Assembly: GCA_964497535.1 (NCBI GenBank)
Contig: CAZCCG010000001.1
Coordinates: forward strand, 130,688 to 194,687
DNA: 64,000 nt
Direction: 5' to 3'
Origin: an uncultured Gammaproteobacteria bacterium
GTDB lineage: Bacteria; Patescibacteriota; Microgenomatia; Levybacterales; UBA12049
The position numbers and the translations under genes are program-made. The notes under the pieces were generated by a model. That model was given only the letters and a program-made list of their open reading frames with translations, did not search any database and had not been told where the DNA came from. Of this stretch, positions 1-7,925 are shown piece by piece. Each line of letters starts with the position of its first letter. Positions within the stretch are counted from its first letter, which is position 1.

Positions 1-1044
1 CGGATTGAGTGGTCCATTCATCTCAAAGACCAGATTCTGTTCTTCAATATTTGAGAGGAAATCCAGAAGATATCTGGCATTAAATGCTATCTCATTCTCT
101 TCCCCTGATAATTTTGCTTCTACTTCTACGCTATTCTTTCCAACGCTGGGAGTATTTGCCGAAACGATTATCTTATCTTTAGCAATTGCTATTTTGACAA
201 TATTTGCAGAGTCCCTTGCAAAAATCGAACAGATCTTTATTGCTTTGAGAAGCTCTTCCCGATCATACGCTACTTGCGACGAGGATTCGCTTGGGATGAT
301 CTTTTCATAATTTGGGTATGGTGCTTCAATTAGACGACCAACTATGATCAGATCTCCCTGTTTAAAGATTACTTGTTGTTGCTTTTGAGAGAGAAAGACC
401 TCAGTTTCCCCTTTTTCCTCCTTTACAGAAATAGTTTCTCGTAAAATCCGGGCAGGGATTAATAACTGCTGTTCTTTTGAGTCTGCTGTCTTTTCTTCAG
501 TATGTTTTTTCAGTGATAATCGATACCCATCTGTTGCGACAAGCAAGAATCCTCCGTCACTATCTTGTTTGATAAGAACCCCGGATAGCGCCGGTCTCCC
601 AACATCCAGACTCGCCGAGAAAATAACTGATTGTAGGTCTTTTTTTAATGTTTTATTTGTAAATACCGCAATCTTTTGTCCCATCTCTTCAAAAAGTTTG
701 GGGAATTCATCTGCAGATACTGTCTGAAACGTACTCTGGGTATTCTTACTTCTGACTTTCAGATTATTTTCTTCAAGTTCTAACTCTATCTTTTCATTTG
801 GTAGTGAATTAATAAGTTCTGAGAATAATTTAGCAGATACTGTTGTTTCTCCTTCCTGTTCTATCTGTGCAGGAAGTGTTACTTGAATTCCAATCTCTAG
901 ATCTGTCGCAGAAAGTATGATTTCTGATTTTTCTGCTTTAATATGAATATTTTGAAGAATAGGGAGAGGATTTTTAGACGAGATTGCTTTTTGCACAATC
1001 TGTAACTTTTTCTGGAGATTTTCAGATGTTATAGTTATCTTCAT
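1..1044 (-). CDS. dnaN: DNA polymerase III beta sliding clamp; 3' end cut by the window edge
   Basis: Minus-strand translation from ATG at 1044 reads MKITITSENLQKKLQIVQKAISSKNPLPILQNIHIKAEK... and continues without a stop to position 1. Typical beta-clamp N-terminus, immediately downstream of dnaA. Absent from the ORF track because it runs off the window. Confidence 0.8.
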   Translation of the reverse strand, partial: MKITITSENLQKKLQIVQKAISSKNPLPILQNIHIKAEKSEIILSATDLEIGIQVTLPAQIEQEGETTVSAKLFSELINSLPNEKIELELEENNLKVRSKNTQSTFQTVSADEFPKLFEEMGQKIAVFTNKTLKKDLQSVIFSASLDVGRPALSGVLIKQDSDGGFLLVATDGYRLSLKKHTEEKTADSKEQQLLIPARILRETISVKEEKGETEVFLSQKQQQVIFKQGDLIIVGRLIEAPYPNYEKIIPSESSSQVAYDREELLKAIKICSIFARDSANIVKIAIAKDKIIVSANTPSVGKNSVEVEAKLSGEENEIAFNARYLLDFLSNIEEQNLVFEMNGPLNP

Positions 1045-1277
1045 ATATATACTTTTGTAGTTGTTGTAGTGTATCGGGAAATGTGGAAAAAATCAAGGAT
1101 ACAGAGCCGATAAAAAAAATCCTGCAGGGTTTAATATTGTGTTACCAATCTATTATCAATAGTGGCTAGAGCAAGATAGTTGTATAGTAGGATACATTAC
1201 TGACCGTAAGCCACTGTGGGAAATTTGTTTATAAAATTGTGTATAACCTGTTGATAACTATCAAACGGACATATAAA
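1045..1277. promoter_or_regulatory. AT-rich dnaA-dnaN intergenic region with degenerate DnaA-box-like 9-mers (oriC-like)
   Basis: 233-bp non-coding AT-rich region containing TGTTGATAA (1248-1256, 1 mismatch to TGTGGATAA), TGGTTATCCCCA and TTATCAATA-like motifs. Canonical position for oriC between dnaA and dnaN. Confidence 0.4.
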
Positions 1278-2633
1278 CTACTTATTCCCATTTAATACAC
1301 TGGTTATCCCCAGGATATCCTCAGTTACCCGAGCTTTACTGTCAAGTAATCTCTCCATCTTTTCCACACCATGCATAACAGTGGTATGATCTCGTCCCCC
1401 GAGTAAATTTCCTATTTCTACCAATGTTATGCCAAGCTCTGTTTTGAGTAAATACATGGTGACTTGGCGGGCTCGAACAATTGAGGCGTCGCGTTTGGGG
1501 CCTTTCAGTTGTGTTGGTTTTACACTATAGAAAGAACAGACTGCTTGGATAATATCTTCTGCATGCACTGTATGGGGTCGTTCCTCCTCTATTCCCCCCA
1601 GTGCTCGTTTTGCAAGTTCAATAGTAATATCAGATCCGGTTGTAGACGCCTGGGTAATTACTCGAAGAAGGAGTCCTTCAAGGCTCCGCGTATCCTGCGC
1701 CATTGTTGCAATTACTTTGGCAATCTCAATTGGCAGGTCAATATTGAATTTCTTTGCTTTAATGAGTAAAATGGCAGATTTCAATTCAAAATCGGGTCGT
1801 TCTATATCGACAGTAAGCCCGCCGGCAAAGCGGGAAGAAAGCCGTTTCTCCAGTTTTTTTATTTCATGAGGAGGACGGTCTGATGACAAACAAATCTGAG
1901 ATCCCTGGTCGATAAGAATATTAAATGTATGAAAGAGTTCTTCCTGAACGCGTTCTTTGCCTTCAATAAATTGTATGTCGTCAATGATCAGAAGAAATGC
2001 GGACCGAAATCTTCTTTTCATTCGCGCAGTATCGTTACTGCGAATTGCCTCTACAACTTCATTGGTAAATTCTTCAGACGTAATGTAGATAATTTTTTTA
2101 TCCGGTTGCCGTTGATATACATCATTGGCAATTGCATGCATCAAATGCGTTTTCCCAACTCCTACCGGGCCATAAATAAAGAGTGGATTGTAAGAAGTCC
2201 CGATATTTTTGGCAACGGTTTGACTGCTTACGTAAGCGAGTTGATTGCTTGAAGACACCGCAAAGTTTTGAAATGTAAAATCTGGACGTACTCGAGGGAG
2301 ATGTCCCACGCTTAATGGTTGAGGAGCGGGTGTGGTTTCAAATAAAGGACCTTTGTCTTCTTGTTGTAGCTGTTTGGTTGTGAGTCGGGGAACAAAAATA
2401 AGTAAGACTTCTGTATTGGTGAGTAATTTTAGTTGTCCCTTAATCAGTGCTGCAAACTTTGTCTGTAAGACATTGATAACCATTGAAGACGGTGCAGCAA
2501 TCGTTGCGGAATTGTTTTCAAACGCAAGAAGCTCAGTGTTTTTTAATAAGGTCACAAAATGGGCTCGTGAAACCTCTTTTTCAAGCTCTTTGAGTACTTG
2601 TGACCAAAGATTATGTAACTGTGTAGTATCCAT
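1278..2633 (-). CDS. dnaA: chromosomal replication initiator DnaA
   Basis: Walker A GPVGVGKTHL, Walker B LLIIDDIQF, and a C-terminal DnaA-box-binding helix-turn-helix (TMYLLKTELGITLVEIGNLLGGRDHTTVMHGVEKM). The longest ORF starts at 2708, but a perfect DnaA box lies 8 bp upstream of that codon. The internal ATG at 2633 gives the typical MDTTQLHNLWSQVLKEL N-terminus, so I prefer the 2633 start. Confidence 0.9.
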   Translation of the reverse strand: MDTTQLHNLWSQVLKELEKEVSRAHFVTLLKNTELLAFENNSATIAAPSSMVINVLQTKFAALIKGQLKLLTNTEVLLIFVPRLTTKQLQQEDKGPLFETTPAPQPLSVGHLPRVRPDFTFQNFAVSSSNQLAYVSSQTVAKNIGTSYNPLFIYGPVGVGKTHLMHAIANDVYQRQPDKKIIYITSEEFTNEVVEAIRSNDTARMKRRFRSAFLLIIDDIQFIEGKERVQEELFHTFNILIDQGSQICLSSDRPPHEIKKLEKRLSSRFAGGLTVDIERPDFELKSAILLIKAKKFNIDLPIEIAKVIATMAQDTRSLEGLLLRVITQASTTGSDITIELAKRALGGIEEERPHTVHAEDIIQAVCSFYSVKPTQLKGPKRDASIVRARQVTMYLLKTELGITLVEIGNLLGGRDHTTVMHGVEKMERLLDSKARVTEDILGITSVLNGNK

Positions 2634-2715
2634 AGTTGAAGCGGAGGATACTTCCCTACTCGTCTGGAGATACGTGGTTGGAAGGCAAACCTTGGCTCGG
2701 ATTTCCATTTAATAA

Positions 2716-2724
2716 TGTGGATAA
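2716..2724 (-). promoter_or_regulatory. perfect DnaA box (TTATCCACA on minus strand)
   Basis: Plus strand reads TGTGGATAA at 2716-2724, in the dnaA/rpmH divergent intergenic region. Confidence 0.6.
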
Positions 2725-2922
2725 CTTTTTGTCAAGGAGCAATATCCAGTTATCAGTTCTCTGTTGTCAGTTGTCGGATCTAAGTTGGTCTGTTTTCTGT
2801 TCATCAGTTTAAAACAGACAGACTGATAACCGAGAGACCCCCTATCTGAAAACCGACGACCGAGAACCGATAACCGAATTTCTCTCCTTCCCATTCGTGC
2901 CCACTTCTGGTATACTCTATCA

Positions 2923-3057
2923 ATGGAAAAGTTCCGAAAGATTAAAAAAGTAAAAAGAAAGAGAAAACACGGTTTTTTGACCCGAATGCAGTCCCATGGA
3001 GGGCAGAAAGTATTAAAACGCAGAAGAAGAAATGGACGAAAAAAGCTTACTGTTTAA
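2923..3057 (+). CDS. rpmH: 50S ribosomal protein L34
   Basis: 44-aa ORF MEKFRKIKKVKRKRKHGFLTRMQSHGGQKVLKRRRRNGRKKLTV, matching the L34 consensus (...KRxxxHGFRxRMxTxxGRxVLxxRRxKGRKxLTV). Too short for the ORF track. Canonical position upstream of rnpA. Confidence 0.85.
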   Translation: MEKFRKIKKVKRKRKHGFLTRMQSHGGQKVLKRRRRNGRKKLTV

Positions 3058-3066
3058 TAGCGCTTC

Positions 3067-3393
3067 ATGTTTGAAAGAAAATTGCGGCTTCCGGCAACAA
3101 CCAAATTTACCACAGCGGTAAGTATAAAAACTTCCTATTGTACCATCCTTTTTGCATCCAACAGCCGTTCTTATAACCGATATGGTTTTGTGACATCAAA
3201 AAAGGTGGATAAACGGGCGGTTGTCAGAAATCGGGCAAAACGTTTGGTGCGGACGAGTATGGAACTGCTTGCTCCCCGCTTGCGGCAGGGAATGGATTTT
3301 CTGTGTATCATCCACAAACAAGCCTATGATGCTTCTGTAGCGGATATCACTGCAAATTTAACCGTACAATTTCAAAACAAAGGTTTATTATGA
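3067..3393 (+). CDS. rnpA: ribonuclease P protein component
   Basis: RKLRLPATTKFTTAV...ILFASNSRSYNRYGFVTSKKVDKRAVVRNRAKRLVR...MDFLCIIHKQA aligns with E. coli RnpA (RELRLLTPSQFTFVF...[25 protein letters not shown]...MDFVVVAKKG). Confidence 0.85.
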   Translation: MFERKLRLPATTKFTTAVSIKTSYCTILFASNSRSYNRYGFVTSKKVDKRAVVRNRAKRLVRTSMELLAPRLRQGMDFLCIIHKQAYDASVADITANLTVQFQNKGLL

Positions 3394-3596
3394 AACATGG
3401 TATAATTACTGGTATTGTTTTGTATCAGAAGATCGTATCACCTCTTTTGAAGCAACTATTTGGAATCGGAGCTATGTGTCGTTTTTCCCCCAGCTGTTCG
3501 GCATATGCAAAAAGAGCCATTGAAAAAGAAGGAGTTATAAAAGGAAGCGTTCTGGCAGGAAAACGATTATTACGCTGTCAGCCGTTTTGGTCATAG
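3390..3596 (+). CDS. yidD: membrane protein insertion efficiency factor YidD
   Basis: 68 aa with the YidD/DUF37 signature CRFSPSCSAYAKRAIEKEGVIKGSVLAGKRLLRCQP. Overlaps the rnpA stop. Confidence 0.8.
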   Translation: MKHGIITGIVLYQKIVSPLLKQLFGIGAMCRFSPSCSAYAKRAIEKEGVIKGSVLAGKRLLRCQPFWS

Positions 3597-4441
3597 AATA
3601 TATGGGAAATCTTTTAGCACCTATTGGTCACATTTTTACGATAGCATTTGTAAATCCAGTCTTAACAGTATTGGTTGGGTTATATCAATTCCTTTACTTC
3701 CTCCATGTTCCGTTTGCTTTGGGGTTTGCAATCATCCTTTTGACTGCAATCATCCGTTTGGCACTCTTTCCTCTCATGGCAAGTCAAATGAAGACCTCCA
3801 AGAAAATGCAAGAGCTCTCCCCTCATCTTTCACGGCTCAAACAGCAACACAAGGGTGATTCTCTCAGGTTACAGCAGGAGACATCAAAACTTTATAAAGA
3901 GCATGGTATTAATCCTGCGGCAGGATGTTTGCCAATGCTGGTACAATTGCCTATTATTTATGCGCTCTATGGGGCGTTGCAAAGCACAGTTATGTTACAT
4001 GGTGCTGCAATTGTCACCCACATCAATAGCTCCATTTATATAAGTGCCTTTAAGTTACAGCAACCATGGGACACCCATTTCCTTGGGTTACCCCTGGGGC
4101 AAAGTCCCCATGTTTTGATGAATACTATTGGGTTTATCGTGCTGGTAATCCCTATCCTTACGGGACTTTTGCAATTCATCCAATCAAAAATGATGATTTC
4201 TACTCCTGCTGCATCTTCTCATCCGGTCAAAGCAGGTGAGAAAAAAGAAGAGGACTTCGCTCAGGCATTTCAGACTCAATCCATGTACATTTTTCCTCTC
4301 ATGATTGGATTCTTCTCATTCAACTTCCCCATCGGGTTATCCTTATACTGGAATACCTTCTCACTTTTTGGTATACTACAGCAGTATAAAATCTCCGGTT
4401 GGGGCGGTCTTACGACCCTTCTGCCTAAACGAAAGGAATAA
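3587..4441 (+). CDS. yidC: membrane protein insertase YidC (short form)
   Basis: 284-aa multi-TM protein with the conserved YidC C-terminal core (QSMYIFPLMIGFFSFNFPIGLSLYWNTFSLFGILQQY). Sits in the rpmH-rnpA-yidD-yidC-jag order. Confidence 0.8.
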   Translation: MVIEYMGNLLAPIGHIFTIAFVNPVLTVLVGLYQFLYFLHVPFALGFAIILLTAIIRLALFPLMASQMKTSKKMQELSPHLSRLKQQHKGDSLRLQQETSKLYKEHGINPAAGCLPMLVQLPIIYALYGALQSTVMLHGAAIVTHINSSIYISAFKLQQPWDTHFLGLPLGQSPHVLMNTIGFIVLVIPILTGLLQFIQSKMMISTPAASSHPVKAGEKKEEDFAQAFQTQSMYIFPLMIGFFSFNFPIGLSLYWNTFSLFGILQQYKISGWGGLTTLLPKRKE

Positions 4442-4444
4442 TAT

Positions 4445-4918
4445 ATGGCAAAAGCTACAAAAACAGTTTCAGAGCAAACACAAGTTGAAGATATTGTTCA
4501 GGATTTATTGGAGCGTCTTGAAGTTGAGGCGGAATTTGAGACAGAACTCAAAGATGATGTTGCAGAAATAAAGCTAGATACAGAAGACGGTGGAATGATT
4601 ATTGGATATCATGGAGAGGTTTTGGAATCGCTTCAGTTAATTCTGGCATTGATGGTTTCCAAAAGAATTGGCCGCTTCATCCGTATTTCTTTGGAAGTCG
4701 GAGATTACAAAAAAAACAGAGCTTCGTATTTGGAGCACATGGCACAGCAGACAAAAGAGCAGGCATTGGCGGAAAATCGAGAAATAATACTTCCCAACTT
4801 AAAATCATGGGAACGACGTATTATTCATGTGATTTTGCAAAATGATGAAGCAGTAGTATCAGAATCAAGCGGAGAAGGAAAAGATCGTGTATTAGTCATA
4901 AAACCTCGTGTTGCTTAA
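4445..4918 (+). CDS. jag: Jag/KhpB-like RNA-binding protein (KH + R3H domains)
   Basis: 157 aa. The R3H-like C-terminus RRIIHVILQNDEAVVSESSGEGKDRVLVIKPR and its position right after yidC are typical of Jag. Confidence 0.7.
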   Translation: MAKATKTVSEQTQVEDIVQDLLERLEVEAEFETELKDDVAEIKLDTEDGGMIIGYHGEVLESLQLILALMVSKRIGRFIRISLEVGDYKKNRASYLEHMAQQTKEQALAENREIILPNLKSWERRIIHVILQNDEAVVSESSGEGKDRVLVIKPRVA

Positions 4919-6215
4919 AACAATAGAACAAATAGTTTTTTACCTTCTTCTTTTTTTACTTCCTATTCAAATTGGCAAACACTTCTGGCCCTGGTTCACT
5001 CAAGTTTTAGGTATCCGGGTTGATTACCTCTCTCCTGTTTTATATGGAACAGATCTGCTGATTATTTTTCTTGCTGGTATCGTTCTCTTTACCAATCGAA
5101 GGCATATGCTTTCTTCTGGCAGAGCTGCCTTTTCTCATTTTTTTATACAAGGGCTTGGTATGCTGATCGTAAGCTGTAGTATTGGCGTTATTGTTTCCCC
5201 GATTCCTCCAGAAGGGCTCTATGGATTAATTAAGATAATTGAATGTGTTTTTTTCGGTTGGTATGTGGTTAGCGTAGTCAAGACAGAGACAGAGTTTCAA
5301 AGAATTGTTGGTATCCTCTTTTTGAGTGCATCCCTCCAGTCCCTTCTGGCTATTATGCAATTTCTTCATCAAGGTTCAATAGGAGGACTGTTGTACTGGA
5401 TTGGTGAACGCAGTTTTACTCTTCAAACGCCGGGAATTGCCCGAGCTACAATACAAGGGGCATTACTCCTTCGTCCATACGGGACATTCCCCCACCCAAA
5501 TGTTCTGGCAGGATTTTTGATAATCATCATGATATATGCTCTTTCTATGATAAATGCATTTAAAAACAAATGGTTGGTTATCGGTGGTCTTATTCTCTGT
5601 TCTTTTGCGCTTTTTCTTACTCTGAGTAGATTGCCCATACTTCTATGGGTTTGTATTATTGTCTTTTATGGAGGAGTTGGTCTTCGTCATCAGAAACGAT
5701 TTGAACAATGGATGATTATTCTAGGAGGAATCGTTCTTTTTAGCATCTTTTACATTTTGCCCACCGGTGAACGCTTGATTCGCTCATCCCTCTCTGAGGA
5801 ATCTGTGGTAGTTCGGGAACAACTTGCTCTTTCTAGCCTTGGCATGATTCGTGACCATCCGTTTTTTGGAGTGGGACTGCGCAATTTTCTCATTGCACTA
5901 CCAGGATATAATCCTCCTCATATGATTACTTTTTCATTGCAACCGGTACATTCCATATATCTGTATTGGTTTGCTGAAACCGGCATCTTTGGATTATTCT
6001 TTGGACTGATCTTTTTAATAAACACATTTTTCCATGGGGTGCAGTGGGCAAAATTTAAAGCATCATCCCAAAACGTATTCGTCGCATTTATTGTGGTATT
6101 GATTCTAGGATCTTTTGATCACTACTTTCTTACGCTTCAACAAGGGCAGCTCTTGTTCGCCTTAGTCATAGGGTTGGTATGGGCTGTTCCATTCTCACTG
6201 CCGAGGAGAACATGA
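4908..6215 (+). CDS. O-antigen ligase (Wzy_C)-like polytopic membrane protein
   Basis: 435 aa, about 10 TM segments. Conserved LTLSRLP...GG loop and C-terminal periplasmic-loop pattern typical of WaaL/Wzy_C family proteins. Confidence 0.45.
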   Translation: MLLKTIEQIVFYLLLFLLPIQIGKHFWPWFTQVLGIRVDYLSPVLYGTDLLIIFLAGIVLFTNRRHMLSSGRAAFSHFFIQGLGMLIVSCSIGVIVSPIPPEGLYGLIKIIECVFFGWYVVSVVKTETEFQRIVGILFLSASLQSLLAIMQFLHQGSIGGLLYWIGERSFTLQTPGIARATIQGALLLRPYGTFPHPNVLAGFLIIIMIYALSMINAFKNKWLVIGGLILCSFALFLTLSRLPILLWVCIIVFYGGVGLRHQKRFEQWMIILGGIVLFSIFYILPTGERLIRSSLSEESVVVREQLALSSLGMIRDHPFFGVGLRNFLIALPGYNPPHMITFSLQPVHSIYLYWFAETGIFGLFFGLIFLINTFFHGVQWAKFKASSQNVFVAFIVVLILGSFDHYFLTLQQGQLLFALVIGLVWAVPFSLPRRT

Positions 6216-6229
6216 TACAATAGCCTCAG

Positions 6230-7453
6230 ATGTTTTTATCAACTATTTTCAAAAACACGACGTTTCAGTTCGTTAGCCGGCTTATTACCTCTTCATCATC
6301 TTTTATTATTCTTCTTATGGTGGGTTCCTTATTTGGAACGTTAGGATATGGAAGCCTGACCAAAATTATTGCCATTGTTAGCCTTTTTTATCTGGTTGTG
6401 GATTTTGGTTTCAACCCGTTTTATCTGCAGGAAGAAAATACTTCCCTCCAGTTTCGTACCCTTCTCTACTCCCGGTTGCTTATTGCAGGCGTTATTACTT
6501 TTTCCCTGGTACTTTTTGCGCTTTTTGTTCCGGGGAATATCTTTTCTCTCCAGGAGAGAGGTGGAATAGTCCTTTTTTCGATGATGCTTTTTGCCAATGC
6601 CATTGCTTATAGCTCAACAGCATTGTTTCAAAAAAGACTGTCGTATCAGACGCTAACTATTGCTCAGCTTTCCGGTAGCAGTATTGCATTGGTAGTGGCA
6701 GCGGTGCTTTTCCTTGTAAGAGCTCCCCTTCTCTTTTTTCTGGGAGCAATAGTAGTGGGTGGATTGCTATCTGCTCTTCTGTCATTGGTGGCTACAAAAG
6801 AAAAAATTCGTCCTGTTCATATACAATTTGTATTTACCAAAACGCTTATCAGAAAAAGTCTCCCCTATTTTCTTATGCTATTTATTAATATGCTCTACTT
6901 TAGCATTGACACCATCTTGCTTTCTTTTTATACCTCGACTCAATCAGTGGGAATATATGGCCTTTCGTACCAGGTATTCGAATTTTTAATTGCGCTGCCC
7001 CTATTTTTATCCAATTCTATCTATCCTATCCTACTTTCCCTGCAGAAAAATAATAGAATGGCCAAGTCGTACATGCTTCGTTACGCCGGGATATATCTGG
7101 GTGCGGCAGTTGTAGTGATGATACTTGCGTGGATTTTGTCACCCTTGGTTGTATTGGTTCGGGCAGACTTTTCAGCCTCAATTCTTCCCCTTCGAATTTT
7201 GCTTGTGTCACTCCCCTTTTTCTTTTTGACCAGCTTTTTGCAATGGCTTCTTATTACAAAAAACCATCAAATGTTTTTATTGTGGGTATATTTCGGATCC
7301 TTGATCTTAAATATTGTATTAAACATTGTATTTATTCCTCAGTATTCATATGTAGCATCGGCGGTTATAACAGGCATTGGAGAAGTGCTCGTTTTCCTTG
7401 TATTGGCAGTAAAAATACTGCGTACGCCGAAATTTTTTGATAATGGCAACTGA
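6230..7453 (+). CDS. polysaccharide/oligosaccharide flippase-like membrane protein (MOP/Wzx-like)
   Basis: 407 aa, about 12 predicted TM helices. Adjacent to the O-antigen-ligase-like gene. Confidence 0.4.
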   Translation: MFLSTIFKNTTFQFVSRLITSSSSFIILLMVGSLFGTLGYGSLTKIIAIVSLFYLVVDFGFNPFYLQEENTSLQFRTLLYSRLLIAGVITFSLVLFALFVPGNIFSLQERGGIVLFSMMLFANAIAYSSTALFQKRLSYQTLTIAQLSGSSIALVVAAVLFLVRAPLLFFLGAIVVGGLLSALLSLVATKEKIRPVHIQFVFTKTLIRKSLPYFLMLFINMLYFSIDTILLSFYTSTQSVGIYGLSYQVFEFLIALPLFLSNSIYPILLSLQKNNRMAKSYMLRYAGIYLGAAVVVMILAWILSPLVVLVRADFSASILPLRILLVSLPFFFLTSFLQWLLITKNHQMFLLWVYFGSLILNIVLNIVFIPQYSYVASAVITGIGEVLVFLVLAVKILRTPKFFDNGN

Positions 7454-7871
7454 AAGAATACTCAATATCTATACTGATGGTGGTTCTCGGGGAAATCCCG
7501 GTCCTGCTGCATTGGGAGTCTATATCACGGATGAAAATAATGAGATTGTATATCGTCATGGAAAACGCTTGGGAGTAGCAACCAACAATGTTGCCGAATA
7601 TAGTGCTGTTGTTCATGCACTGGAATGGGTGAACAGTTATGTTCCCAAAGAGCCGATTGAAAGAATCCGTGTTTTTATGGATTCTCAACTAGTAGTATCA
7701 CAATTAAACGGGCTGTATAAAGTAAAACATCCGATGATGCGTACTCTTTTGTTTCAAGTTCGGGAACAAGAGGGGAGTTTGAAAATTCCAATTTCTTATA
7801 CCCATATCCCTCGTGAACAAAACAAGCAGGCAGATGCTATGGTAAATCAGGCATTGGATTATAAGATTTGA
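7437..7871 (+). CDS. rnhA: ribonuclease HI
   Basis: ILNIYTDGGSRGNPGPAALGVYI...EYSAVVHALEW...IRVFMDSQLVVSQLNG...HIPREQNKQADAMVNQALD gives the RNase H catalytic DEDD pattern. Confidence 0.8.
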   Translation: MIMATERILNIYTDGGSRGNPGPAALGVYITDENNEIVYRHGKRLGVATNNVAEYSAVVHALEWVNSYVPKEPIERIRVFMDSQLVVSQLNGLYKVKHPMMRTLLFQVREQEGSLKIPISYTHIPREQNKQADAMVNQALDYKI

Positions 7872-7925
7872 TATCTCGTCTTCGTATACAAAAACACTGT
7901 ATAATAATCGGTATAACACTGCCCT

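Noticed and set aside
5-310. 101-aa plus-strand ORF at the window start
   Set aside because: It lies entirely antisense to the clear dnaN coding sequence, so it is a shadow ORF.
1509-2712. Plus-strand ORFs 1509-1769, 1929-2252 and 2332-2712
   Set aside because: They are antisense shadows within dnaA, with no motifs or RBS.
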